From positions 124,001 to 188,000 of the forward strand of contig NW_027191460.1 of NCBI RefSeq assembly GCF_011745625.1: a DNA stretch of 64,000 nt. The letters are read 5' to 3'. Shown here in pieces: positions 1 to 12,346 of this stretch. A program made the translations under genes and the position numbers. The first letter of the stretch is position 1, and each line of letters begins with the position of its first letter. This stretch comes from Cladosporium halotolerans. Its lineage: Eukaryota. The notes under the pieces are model-generated. The model did not search any database. It was not told the origin of the DNA and was given only the letters and a program-made list of their open reading frames with translations.

Positions 1-658
1 TTGCACGACAGCCGAGATAGGCAGCGCCAGGCGAGGATTCCGCCTCGAGCAGCGGGACGAAATTGATGCCAGCGCGAGTGCGGTCGGCTTGCTGCCGCAA
101 TACCGTGGTGTGGTTGCGTCAGGGAAGAGCGAGAACAGACAGGTCACCAGCAGGCGGTCATTGGCGAGGCGGCGGCGGGCCAGATGCTAGCAGCGATAAG
201 GCGGATCGGGGCTGCGGCGAGCGACAGCAAGGTTTGCGTAGCTCGCGCGCCCGGGGGCCACGTGAGCGCTGTGAGCAGCTGTGTGGCTTGCCGCGCTGCC
301 CTCGCCGCCAGCCCTAACCTCACGCACCCATTCTGACGCTGCAGCGCTGCACCGACTCTTCCGCCGACCGCACCAGCGTCTTCGCCATGCCCGGCCTGCC
401 CACCGGCCTGCCCACCTCACTACTCCGCCCCTGCAATCCTCCTGCTGTCGCCCCGCCGCACTAGCCCGCGACACACCGCAGCGATCCCATATTCCCCTCG
501 CCCGCCGCGTCCACCACCGCCCACACCCTCACCGCGCCGCCGCACGTCCCAGGAATTATGCGCCGGAGCCTGACCACGCGAGCGACGTCCGAGCTGTCCA
601 CCACCCGCCCCTCCGCCTCCTCAGCCTCCGCCGCGCCCCGCCAGCCCTCTCCGCTCCC

Positions 659-1909
659 ATGTCAATGTCGGCCTTGACATCTTCGCCCTCGCCCGTAGCC
701 TCGCCGCGCGCCTCGACCTTCCACTACCCGCCCGCTCGCTCGCGCGGCTCGTCCTTTGCACCCTCGCCCAAGAACCCCGTTCCCTCCAAGCCGTCGCCGC
801 GTTTGGCCGCAGTCTCCTCGCCGCGCCAGCGTGCCGCCAATGCGCGTCCGTCGCCCTCACTGCCACAGCACTCTCACGCCAGGCACTCGCGGGACCACTG
901 CTGCGAGAGCGGACATCAGAGGCAGAGTAGGCCGCGCTACGCGGATGCAGGCACCCAGTACAGCCCGGACGGCTATCCCCCAACCGCCGGGAACAAGCTG
1001 GCAGCGCCGGAACTGAAAGATCCAGAGCTGGCGGGTGGCAGAAAGAGAAAGGAGGGTGCCCGGTCGAGATCTCCACAAATGAGCCCCTCTGCGAAGCCGG
1101 GCACCTCTGCCACCACTGACCCTGCCGAGCCGCCTGTGCGAATCGATCCAAACGATCCTCGAGCACAGCAGCAGGGACTAAAAGGAGGTCGTGGGGGCAA
1201 AAACTTGCCAGAAAGACCGGCGGGACAGCAGGCAGATCCAGAGGAAGCGCGGTCAACCCATGGACACTCGTCTGCCCCGAAGAGGCCGAGGGCAGAATCA
1301 AAAGCAGCCAAGACAATGCCGCGAGCATATGAGTCTTGCAATCCTAAAGATTTAGGTGTGCTCATCGCGAACATGCTCATGGAACTCATACGCCTGAACG
1401 ACCAAATACCGCTGCGAGACGGGCGGCTGACAAGATTTCATTCACGCGCGCCGCCAGGCATTAGCGTGGCCGACTATCTCCAGCGTCTTATTCAGCACGC
1501 AACTCTCTCGCCTCCGATACTACTCAGCATGGTGTATTACATCGACCGGCTATGCGCGCTCTACCCGGCATTCACAATTAACAGTCTGACGGTCCACCGT
1601 TTCCTGATCACCGCGGTGACAGTGGCTGCGAAGGGTCTGAGCGATAGTTTCTGGACGAACCCGACGTACGCCCGCATAGGCGGCATCCCGGTTTCCGAAC
1701 TCGCGACATTGGAGCTAGAATTCCTGCAAAAAGTACAGTGGAAAATCGTCCCGAAGCCAGAGTCCCTGGTGGACTACTACAACAGCCTCGTCGACCGGAC
1801 GGAAGGCTTTCAGCTAGAGCCCAGATCGGGCGAGAGCAGCTCGAGCAGCAGCATGATGGAAGACGCGAGCGACCGAGAAGACGACCGCATGAATCAGGAC
1901 CCTACATGA
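659..1909 (+). CDS. PHO80: Pho80/PREG-type cyclin (negative regulator of the phosphate regulon)
   Basis: The C-terminal cyclin domain reads 'LTRFHSRAPPGISVADYLQRL...LLSMVYYIDRL...SLTVHRFLITAVTVAAKGLSDSFWTNPTYARIGG...LELEFL', after a low-complexity N-terminus. ATG 659 (MSMSALTSSPS) is the first in-frame ATG of ORF 281-1909. Confidence 0.9.
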   Translation: MSMSALTSSPSPVASPRASTFHYPPARSRGSSFAPSPKNPVPSKPSPRLAAVSSPRQRAANARPSPSLPQHSHARHSRDHCCESGHQRQSRPRYADAGTQYSPDGYPPTAGNKLAAPELKDPELAGGRKRKEGARSRSPQMSPSAKPGTSATTDPAEPPVRIDPNDPRAQQQGLKGGRGGKNLPERPAGQQADPEEARSTHGHSSAPKRPRAESKAAKTMPRAYESCNPKDLGVLIANMLMELIRLNDQIPLRDGRLTRFHSRAPPGISVADYLQRLIQHATLSPPILLSMVYYIDRLCALYPAFTINSLTVHRFLITAVTVAAKGLSDSFWTNPTYARIGGIPVSELATLELEFLQKVQWKIVPKPESLVDYYNSLVDRTEGFQLEPRSGESSSSSSMMEDASDREDDRMNQDPT

Positions 1910-3241
1910 ACGTATTCGTTTTTCTCCCCCAGACAAAAAGCCGTCTTATCTGTCCTGCGTGCAACCAATGCACGCGCTCTGCTCGCACCAGATGCGTTTT
2001 AACCCGCACGGCAAACGGCACGTCTCGGCCGCTGGCCTCTAGTGCTATCGCATCCCAGTCGGGCTGTGTACAAGCATGGTCCGCCTGTACGTTGCATGGG
2101 TGGCCCACCAGGCCGCAAAAATCCCGCACCGAGACACGCCAGGAACCCATTCAAGAAGCGGGCACTACTCCACACATTAGCCGAAAGCGGAGTCGAAAGG
2201 AGACCTGTATGAAATAGCGAAACGCTCCACGACCGCCAGCCCGCCAGCCATTGAAGTCACCACGACCACTTACAGGCGTCCTGAGCGTGGAGTCCGCAGG
2301 CCAGTGAAAATTGCCCGCGCACAGCACGGCCCGGCTGCGATCCTGCACCCCGCTCCTCTACCTCAGGGATTGCTCGTGTGCTCAACACAGCGCGCAGCTG
2401 GCCAGGATCAATTGCCGGAGAGCAGCCGACGGCCATGCGGGAGGCAACTTCACCCCACCACGTGCGGCCGTAGCATGCGAGCACGGCGGAAAAGTGTTCT
2501 CACGAGGCCATTCAGTGTCGCCGCGAAAAATGAGACAGGACGAGGAGCAGAAAAGTACGCGGCGTCGTGGGTGAAGCGGGGTTCGGTCTGGTCGGTCTGG
2601 TCGGATATCACGGTTACTTCACGTACAAGCACGTTTTGGCATTTTGTTACTTCTTTCTTTATTCGATTTTTGCTGATGTCTCTTCCCACTGAGGCGGCGT
2701 GAGCGTTTTGGCAGCATAGCGAGGAGGTTCGGGACAGCGGCTAGGTTGTTTCTAGAGAAAGAGAGGCTCTTGTGAGCTTTTTGTGGCACGCGATGGACGA
2801 TATCTATAATGCGATCGCGTCAAAAGTGTACTTGACCCGCGCTCACGTGTTCTTATCCCCTTGCGAACATCACGCTGTCCTGATACGCTTTTAGGCCGTA
2901 GTGGCTTTGTGCCAGACGCCGCCTGCTCGTCACATCAGGATTATGTACAGTGGTGGCCCAATGGTGCATCCCAGACCGTCACCGCAGCGCACAACAGCTC
3001 TGAAAAGACACGGTAGATGACATGAAATAATACATACAAAAAAAAAAGGAGCCCTACGCTAAGTTATGTGAGAAAAAGCGAAGCTCGGGCAACGCCGCCG
3101 TTCGCCAGGATATATACATTTGCCCCATTTTCAAAATGCGATCCTTTACTATTCCTTCCCCTTCTCCTTCCGTCTTCGTCTATCGTCCTTCCATCACGGT
3201 GTATCTCTCTCGCCTCCAACCCAACCCTCCCTCAATCTCAT

Positions 3242-5595
3242 CTAAGGGCTAGCCGCGGCGGCAGTCGGGCCGTACGCGACCTGCTCGCCCGGCGCGCCGG
3301 GAGCCATGAAGTTGGTCTTCGGGTTCTTCTGGGCCTTGGCGGCGCTGCAGCGGGCCATGGTAGGGGAAGAGCGGGAGATGACGTCCGTGAAGAAGAAGTT
3401 CTCGATGGGGCGCTTGAGAGCGGTGCCGGAGACGGTGGCGCCCTTGTTCTGCTCGACGAGCTGCACGCGGCTGAGCTGCGGCAGGCCGGCGGGCTCGACG
3501 ATGTCGTAGCGGCGCAGTGCGGGCGAGATCTCCTCCATGCGGTCACGCAGGGCCTCGACGTCGTCGTACGGCAGCGGCGCGCCGAGCGCCTCGGAGACGG
3601 CACGGATGATCTTCCAGTCGTCGCGCGCGGCGCCGTAGATGCTGGTCGCGGCGCGGCCCATCTGCACGCGGCCTTCGGTGTTCACGTAGGTGGCGTGCTT
3701 CTCGGTGTAGGCGGCGCCGGGGAGGACGACGTCGGCGAGCATGGCACCTTTGTCGCCGTGGTGGCCCTGGTAGATAACGAAGGCGTCCTTGGGGATGTCC
3801 TCGGCGGTGATCTCGTCCGCACCGAGGAGCCAGACGATCTTGGGAGTGGTCTTTGCGGTCTCGGGGCTGGCGACTGACCAGCCGAGCTCGTAGGCACCAG
3901 TGCGGGAAGCGGCGCGCTGGAGAACGTTGTAGCCGTTCCACTCAGCGGTCTGGAAGTTGCCCTTGTTCTTCTCGACGAAGGAGCCGACGGTCTCGTAGAT
4001 GGCCTTGGCGTCAGGGTGCTCAACGGCGGCGGAGCCGACGATGATCATCGGGCGCTCAGCACTGGCAAGCTTCTTACCGAACTCGCCAGAAAGGGCAGCC
4101 TTGAGAGCGTTGGCATCGCCACCGAGGCTCTCGTAGTCGAAAGTAGACTCGAAGTCCTCGCCGACAAGGCCGACCTCAAGATCAGAGCCCATCCACTGCT
4201 TCCTGATCCTGGCGTTCAGAATGGCGGCCTCGTGTCTGGGGTTGGTGCCGACGAGGAGGATAGCATCAGCCTCCTCAACACCGGTAATCTTAGAGTTGAA
4301 AGCGTAGTTGGAGCGAACGTCAATACCGTGGGCAAGCGGTGCAGAGCCCTGAGGGAAATCGAGGGCAAGGTTCTCAGAGCCGAGACGGTTGGCAAGATCC
4401 TTCGCGGCGACCAGCTGCTCGGTGTCGACAAGCTGACCAGCAACGAACTTGACCTCGTCACCCTTGGGCGCGATCTCCTTGAATTTCTCGCTGATCTCAA
4501 CCAGGACGTTCTCCCAGGTGGCGGGCTGGAACTCGTTGTTCTTCCTGATGAGAGGGGTGGTAAGACGCTGTGTGCTGAGACCGTCGCAAGCGAATCGGCT
4601 CTTGTCGTGGATCCATTCCTCGTTGACGTCGTCGTTAAGCCTGGGAAGAATGCGCATGACCTGGAGGCCTCTGACGTCGGCGCGGATGTTGCTGCCGACA
4701 CCGTCGAGGACATCGACGGTCTCGATGTGGTAGAGTTCCCAAGGCCTGGCACGGAAAGCGTAGGGCTTGGATGTGAGGGCACCGACGGGGCAAAGGTCGA
4801 TAACGTTGCCGGAAAGCTCGGTGTCCAGAGCAGTCTCAAGGTAAGTACCAATCTCAAGGCTGTTGCCACGGCCAGTGCTGCCGAGCTCGGGAGCGCCGGC
4901 AACATCGTTGGCAAAACGAACGCAACGTGTGCAGTGAATGCAGCGGTTCATCGAGGTCTAAAGAAAGTCAGCATTGCTCTCTGCGCGCGGCAATGTCCTA
5001 TGTGCTCACCTTCACGAGGGGGCCGATGTTCTTGTCCTCAACCGCACGCTTGCCCTCAAGCTCGTGGAACCGGCCTCTGTCCGCACCATATCTCATGCTC
5101 TGATCTTGCAAGTCACACTCGCCACCCTGGTCGCAGATAGGGCAGTCGAGGGGGTGGTTTGCCAGAAGGAACTCCATAACACCCTCACGCGCCTTGTGTG
5201 TTTGCGGGCTGTCGGTGTGGACAACCATGCCGGGCTGCACCGGCCACGCGCAGGAGGCGACAGGCTTGGGCGCACGCTCAACCTCGACCAGACACATTCT
5301 GCAGTTTCCGGCGATCATGAGCTTTTCGTGGTAACAGTAACGGGGAACGGTGGAGCCGGCCTTTTCGCAGGCCTGAATGAGAGAGGAGCCGGCTGGGAGC
5401 GGTTGTCAGCGTCAGGAGCCTGGGTCAATTGGGTGCTATACAAGACGTACCCTCAATTGACACCTTCTTGCCATCGATAGTGAGCTCGACCTCGGCCGCA
5501 CGGCGCGCGCTCGAGGAGAGGTTGCGGGCGGCATTCGCTTGGGAAAGCGGGCGCTGCGAGCGCCTGAGAGAGCGCAACAGCTGCTGCCTCATCAT
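3242..5595 (-). CDS. nuo78: NADH:ubiquinone oxidoreductase 78-kDa subunit (NDUFS1/NuoG homologue), 3 exons
   Basis: Arg-rich presequence [12 protein letters not shown] and Fe-S motifs '[10 protein letters not shown]', '[19 protein letters not shown]', '[11 protein letters not shown]', 'DLCPVGAL'. Introns 5393-5450 and 4958-5009 have GT..AG ends that keep the frame. Confidence 0.97.
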
Positions 5596-6264
5596 CTTGT
5601 CCTGCCGACGCCCGGAGAAAAGATGTAAAGGTAGAGGGGAGAGTGGTGTGTGTGGGCGGGTGTGGTGGCGGTAGCGTTGTCGTCAATCACTGAAGGTCTC
5701 CAGGCTCTCGCTGCTTCCCGCCCAGCGCAGCCAGCCAGTCGGGGCAGCCCGTGATGGTAAGCCAAACTCCCGTGCTTGGCGTGCCGGCTTTAGTACATCT
5801 ACGATTTCTGCGACGCCAGCGCGTGCTCTTCTTTTCTCCATTATACTCATCACGGCACTGTTTATTGTAGTACCTTTGCGCATCTCTACGCGAAGGCACC
5901 CTATTGTGTGTCGGAGAGCACGAACACGTGCGCCGTAGCTGGATAACTAGAGGGCTCGCTTCAAACGAGTCCACTGAAATGATTCTCCTTACCGACGGTC
6001 GCTACATCTCACTTCTGCAGTCTCACGAGAGGTCTGCAGGAGTATATAGCATAGAAAAGATCCAACTATTCGGACGACTCTGTCACCGCCATATATCGAG
6101 AAGCGGTTCTGCCTTTTTCCTGAACCAAGGATTCGTCTGATTTCTCACTGGTAGGTCAAATTTGATTCACGCCATATAACTTTCAAATGCTCCAACATCA
6201 CGGATTATTCAATTTTTCTCGAAACCGAATACTTCAAACCTTTGTGCATAAAGTGTGTAGATGT

Positions 6265-7172
6265 CTATTTTGGAGGGTTAATGCTCGCACTCTTGGGTAC
6301 TTCACTCCCAGTCGCGCAGGTGGCACCGGCATCCACTGGCAGGATGGCGCCTGTCATCCATCTTGCTTCATCACCAGCCAAGAATCTCACAACTGCTCCT
6401 ATGTCCCACCCTGTTCCCTCCGTCTTTAGCACACTACGGTTCTTCCTCGCCGCTCTGGCCTCTTCGCTCATGCCGCCCGAAAACATCATGGGAGTATAAA
6501 CCATACCCGGACAAACGCAATTGACACGGATACGCTGGGGTCCATGATGGACTGCCATCGCGCGTGTCATATTCTGGTGTCTCGAATCAGCTTGGGCCTC
6601 CAGGATCTCGAAATACAATTGAGACTTACGACGATGGCGCCTTTGCTTGTTGGGTAAAGCAAATGTGGCGTTCCACCTCTAATTCCAGCGACACTGGCGA
6701 TGTTGACGATGCTGCCACTCCACTGCCCCTCGTTCTTCACCATCACTGGGATACAGTACTTCGCCATGATCACCATGCTCGCGACATTGATCTCCATTCC
6801 CTTCGCCCATTCTGCCATGTCGACTTCCTCGGCCGTTCCTTGAGCCCCGCCAACGCCAACAACGTTTACCAAGATATCGATTCGTCCAAACGTTTCGACG
6901 GCCTTGGAAACAACGTTCTTGGCCTCTTCCTCGGATGTGACGTTTGCTTGGATCGCGATTGCTTTGCCGCGACCATCCTGCTCGATCATCTCGACAGTAC
7001 GTTGTGCGAGATCATGTTTCATATCGACGCAGACAACGCTGGCTCCGGCTTCGGCTAGAAGTATGGCTGATGCACGCCCATTACCAATGCCATCGCCAGC
7101 TGCGCCAGCACCAGAAACGATGGCAACACGACCGACGAGAGAGCGAGTTGGACGAGGAAATTCTTCAACCAT
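6265..7172 (-). CDS. Short-chain dehydrogenase/reductase (classical SDR), 2 exons
   Basis: Motifs 'VAIVSGAG...GIGNGRA', 'GRIDILVN', 'GSIVNIAS', catalytic 'YPTSKGA' and 'IRVNCVCPG'; intron 6574-6629. Confidence 0.9.
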
Positions 7173-7642
7173 TTTCGAGTCAATTGCGAAACTTCGTTGT
7201 TGGATATGGGCAACCACGATCCTCAACACTTCGAGCTATAAGACGTTGCTGGACCGAGGTACCTTATTTACCCCCCGCTTTGGGATTCGTCGAGATGCAA
7301 ACACGCTACAACAACTTTTCAGTTTCTTCGTAAACCCGGACTAAGCGACTGCTCTATCTCTCTACTGAAAAGACCATATTTCATATCGGTCTTTGCTATT
7401 TGGCCCAAATAAAGGCAAGATGCTTAGCGGTACCATTTGGGACTAGGAATAGTATTGCACTGGAGCATAACAATATATGTATTTGCTTAAGTTAAATCGT
7501 GTCCTCAGCATTGCATGACATGACACATGATTCCTGGAAACAACGGGCAAATCTCCGATTTCACAAACCATCAACCACGCCGCGAACGCCTTCCCGTATC
7601 ATGACCATCGTCAACATCGACTCTTCACTGCATCGAAACGCT

Positions 7643-8098
7643 TCAAGCGTTCATCAGGTTGTTCGCCACGGGGCACTTCGCGACAGGCGCATCCTCCGGG
7701 ACCGAAGGGTGCTCGTGAACCTTAGATTTGTGGTGGTCCAGCGTAGCGTTCGTCACCGGGCAGACGGCGCCCGACTCCTTCTCCGTCAGGTGCGGGTGAG
7801 TGGGCGGCAGGTATGCGCTCACAGGGCCAACAATCGGGCACGTGGCGTCCGTGATTGACTCCTTGCGGTTCGCATTCTTAAGAGCAGGGCAGGCGCTGGC
7901 ATCGGCTTGGTGCACGTCTTGGGGAGCGCTGGAGTCGGACGGGTGCTCGTGGATGATGGAGTCGCCGTGGTGGGAGACCTTGGCGTTGGTGACGGGGCAA
8001 CGGGCTTCCGGGTCATTGTGGTCGTAGTGAGGGTGGTTAGGCGGCAGGACGCTGGTAGTGGTGCCGACGACAGGGCAGACTTGCTGGGCGGAGGCCAT
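7643..8098 (-). CDS. Small (151 aa) His-rich protein with six Cys-Pro motifs in two tandem units; putative haem/metal-binding
   Basis: Starts MASAQQVCPVVG; contains VCPV, RCPV, ACPA, TCPI, VCPV, KCPV, LPPNHP/LPPTHP and two HEHPS; coding-like codon bias. Confidence 0.8.
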   Translation of the reverse strand: MASAQQVCPVVGTTTSVLPPNHPHYDHNDPEARCPVTNAKVSHHGDSIIHEHPSDSSAPQDVHQADASACPALKNANRKESITDATCPIVGPVSAYLPPTHPHLTEKESGAVCPVTNATLDHHKSKVHEHPSVPEDAPVAKCPVANNLMNA

Positions 8099-8716
8099 GG
8101 CTCGATGTTTGTGAGTGCGGTTGGTGATTGTGTAAGAATAAGGATGTTCGAAGCAAAGGTGCTTGGAGTAGACAGAACAATGGATTTTGAGAAGGAAGAC
8201 GAAGACTGAAACCAAGGAAACGGCCTGTTTCCAAGACTTACCTTCTTGTTGATCTTCTAGCATCACAGGGCCAGCAAGCTCGAAAACCCCGCGCCTGGCC
8301 TGCTAATTCTGCTTACGACACTGGTCAGCTCCATCTTCCAACGATATAATTGGCCATTTAGCTCAAGGGCTCCACTTTATTCCCACTTCAGCATCTCTTC
8401 GGTGAGCCTTCGAGACGACGACAGCCTTGCAAAAACCCACAGCAGGGCACAGTCATATCTCTGAGTCGTACATCTGGGCGTGAATTTATTGCTGATTTGC
8501 TATGCATACAAAGGCAGTGTACGGGTTTCCATGAGTCCCGATCAAGGGTAATCCGCTGAAAATGCAAGACGCCAGTAGGGTCGGAACACATTGACATTCT
8601 GATTCAATCGACCTACGACTCCGCGAGTCACCGCTCATATCATTATCCCCTTCTCTCTTGGTGTTTGCCCAAGTTAAAACTTGCCAGGTCAAGCTAGCAC
8701 ACGACAGGTGTGGCAT

Positions 8717-9985
8717 CTACATGTCCTTGTGGATGTTGATCACAACCTGTTCGCTGAACTTCTGCTCGCTTTTCTTCGCCGGCACCTCAACGACATCCTC
8801 CTTCTTGTAAGGATTGGAGGCATTTCCAAGGACGTAGTAGTCATCGGATGCTGGGTACCAAGCGCCCTGCTGCCAGAACTGCCACTTCAAGTCGCCATCC
8901 TGGTCCAGACCCAGAATGTGAAGACTTTGATCACCCCAAGACGAGAGCACTGGCTCGGACGCGAAATCACCGCCCTTAGACATCCACTCATCCTGCGAAG
9001 GATTCCACTGAGAGCCATCCCAATACTTGTAGACGTAGGAGTTCTTCTTCGTCATTTTGCCGACGATGTCGATACGGTTGTTGGCCCAGTGGACGACTTG
9101 CGGAGCTGTGACGAAGTCACCGCCCATCGACTCCCAGCCGTGGTAATAGCCTGGCGCCCAGAAGGTGTGGTAAAGCTTGTGGTCCTCTTTGTTGACAACC
9201 CAGACGTCCATGCGGCCGAGGCTCATGGAGCTTGACATCGGCGTACCCATGAACTGACAACACTGTGAGTATTGTGCGCTACAACAAATGGCGTCTGGAA
9301 ACAACCTACTGGCCCGCCGAGATTCTCCCACTCCGGGAGATCAGACTCCCCATTCCAGTACTGGTGAAGCAGCGTACCATTGACATCAATCCCAAAGATG
9401 TCAAGCCTGTTCGGACCCCAAGACACCATGGACGGAGGAGAAGCGAAATGGCCCCCAAAGTCTTCCCACTTCGACCAGGAATCTTTGTTGAAGTACTTGT
9501 GCATGTACTTACCTTCGTGCGTACAACCAACAATGTCAAGCCGACCCGGCCCCCAGGAAATGGCTGCCATCTCGCCGACAAAGTCGCCTCCGAGATTCTC
9601 AGTCTTGTCGCCTTCAGGCTGCCAGCTGCTGCCGTCCCAGTATTTGTGGGCCGCCATGCCCTTTTCGTCAACAGCAAAGAGGTCGATTCTGTTCTCTCCC
9701 CATGTCACAGAGGTCGGGCCAGTTTTAAGGGTACCTGCGAGGTCCTCGAAGTGGCGATGTGGTTCAAAGCCCTCAGGAACATGGTACTTGTGCCATTGGG
9801 ATTGACTGGGTGCTCTACCGAATACGTCGAGACGCTGATGGCCCCAGGATACAACCGACAGGGCAGGGTTGCTCGTAGCGTGAATGACCTATCATTCGGC
9901 TTCAGTTTTCTTCACATCAAATGCGTACATTGACCGATCTTACGCGAGCGCCGATGAAAAGACTTGCTACCAACGAGCGATACAT
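8717..9985 (-). CDS. Secreted beta-propeller lectin-like protein (fucose-specific lectin/PLL-like repeats), 3 exons
   Basis: Reconstructed N-terminus MYRSLVASLFIGAR|VIHATSNPALSVVSWG with introns 9889-9943 and 9254-9309. About seven repeats of 'SWGxxRLDIF/V...HKYWDG..W..(L/M)GG'. Confidence 0.8.
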
Positions 9986-10952
9986 TGTGAACGGATATGG
10001 AAAGGTGCCTTAAGGGAAGAGGGCTAGCAGGAGTCGGACGAGAGGCTTATATGGCTATCTCACAGCCACACAAGGCAGAGAGCTAGTGAAAGTCCAGTAG
10101 CACACACGGACTTGACGGCTTGGGTAGCGACATGGATGGCTTTCCCAACGACAGACCTCATACATGCTCATCGAGCAATGGGCATTGGTCTATATTGCCA
10201 CATGTCTTCATGCTGTTGGGCCTCAAATTGGCCAATGACACGAAGCGTCTCAGGTCGACGCAGGATTACGACGACACATCCAGGTACGAGATTTGACTGC
10301 GCCGCATGCGACATATCTTCCCGTGACTTGCGAGTGGAGTGAATCCTTCCTATGGAGAACCGAGTGACCGAGCTTTGGGGAGTTGCAGGATGTCTCGGAT
10401 CTCGGCTTGTACATGCAGCTTGTGCATACCGCTCGAGCTGCACCGCAGAAGCGCGAGCGCCTTTTTAACGCAAAAGCGGGAAAGCTCTATTTGTCTCATA
10501 TGCATACCCCAATGCACGAAGTACCAGAAGTGGGACTGAAGGCCGGCTCTCGGCGGACCGTTCAAGTCAAAGGATGTAACCGCTATAGGTGACGATCGAT
10601 TCAAAAACACATATATGCGCACAGCCGTATACAGTACCGAGTTTCTGTAAACGTAGGGACATCTGAGAGAACATTTTCCGTTAATCAGCTGACGCATTGC
10701 TGTAGGAGCGTGACAGACACCGAACTGAATCTGTCACTTTCCCTGCTGTCTGTTAATAACGTCCCAACAAAGATAATGCATTCTCAAGTCCGATGAAGCC
10801 GTCAATGCATATGGGCTGTCCTGCAGAATCATGACTTGCGTGCAAAAGCACACATCATTGAGTCCATTGATCGCCATGTGAAAAGACCAGCTTCCCCGCT
10901 ATATGCATGCATATGCGTGCCACTGTTGCAACTCCTTTATCAGGCATGTGGA

Positions 10953-11963
10953 TCAGCCCAGCTTAATAGGCACCGCGCCTGGAATCGCACCAGCTTTCTC
11001 CTTGCCGGCCAAAGTGTGGACGCCTGCAGCCACCTGCTGCGCAGCAGCGTTCCACGTATCCGGATGGTTTCTCCTGCCGTCTTCCATGACTCGCAAGTAG
11101 TCCTCGCGCAGCTTTCTGATGTCGCGGTAGAGTACCGTCCGGCCGGCTGCAACGTCCCAGTACAACTCTTCGGCCTCGAATTTGACGTTGTGCAGGTCGT
11201 CCCGCATCTGGTGCAACCTGTTTGGCAAGCCTTGTCCCTTCATGAGAGCCAGAGCCCCTGCTGTCACGGTGCTCAGAGCGCCCAGGACGGCGATACTGCC
11301 GAGCACAACGAAGACGGCGCCCAGCAGGAGCTGCAGGACGAGCAGTACGTAAGTGAGGACGTCGAAGATGCGGTACTTCATGTTGATGTAGTCATACTTG
11401 GCGACGATCCTGGTGTACATGCCGTTCTTCATGCCTAGCTTCTTGGGGTTCTCGGTCTTGGAGACGGGCGGCTTCATGCCCATGAGCTTGTAGAAGTCCT
11501 CTTCCGCGAGTGGCTTTTCATCGTCGTCCAGTCTGTCTGCAGCGGGATCTGGATCGGCTATCTTCGGTGCGGTAAGGAGTGGGCGTTTTGCACCAGCTGG
11601 TGTCTCCGGTGCCCATCTGTGATGCGTATGCTTGGAGCTATGGTGCGAGAGTGCATGTTGTACCGGCTGCTGATCGGCCTTTTGAGGTCCTTCGTCATGA
11701 GTGGGTATGTTCAAGCCTAGCGCTTGACGCGAGAAGGTAGGATGCTGCAAGTAATCGTTGGGTCAGTGCCTGTTCAATCCTTGCTGTGTCGGTCCTCTGC
11801 AGTAGGAAATCCGTACCAAAATCAAGGAGCTCGACGTTTGATGCGGCCGCTTTGCGCCCTCGCCGTCGATCGCTTTCTCGATATCGGGCTCTGCGTTGTG
11901 GCGATGAACGCTGTTTCTGAACGAGCGTAGGCTATTGCCCAGCTCTTTCGGCAGCTCGTGCAT
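10953..11963 (-). CDS. Fungal SLATT (SMODS/SLOG-associated two-TM) domain protein, 2 exons
   Basis: C-terminal 'YRIFDVLTYVLLVLQLLLGAVFVVLGSIAVLGALSTVTAGALALMKGQGLPNRL' resembles SLATT_fungal. Intron 11745-11816 (GTACGG..CTGAC..CAG) removes the in-frame TGA at 11763-11765. Confidence 0.75.
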
Positions 11964-12346
11964 CTTCACCGTCTCCTGCTCTCCGCTGTAGTTTGCGCAT
12001 GTTGACGAGTTGTCGGTTCGGGATGTTGGAGGTTGACTGACGAATCGAGGATGCGATTGCCTGAACGTGATCATTCAGCCGCTCTTTCGCTCGGTACCTG
12101 TGCAAGCTAGCTCAGCCACTTCGAGAGCTGACAAAGGTCGCCTTCCGCCCTGTGGTGGCACATTTGATGTGTTGATGACTTTGTGTTCTTGGACGATACA
12201 TCAGCCTTGAAAGAATGCATTTATGAACCACACGTAGTGCTTAGAATCAATTATTACGTACTAGATCGTTGGCTTCGTAAATATGCGCGCTTTGTATCAA
12301 ACATTAATGCATCGCTGTGCGAAATAAGCAGATCGCTTCAGACAGA

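Noticed and set aside
281..658. N-terminal extensions from non-ATG starts in the ORF track (also 18326, 53998)
   Set aside because: They are stop-free GC-rich 5' UTR sequence; downstream ATG or spliced starts fit the gene families better.
11763..11765. Stop-codon readthrough or pseudogenisation of the SLATT gene
   Set aside because: The TGA lies in the branch-point region of a canonical 72-nt intron (11745-11816).
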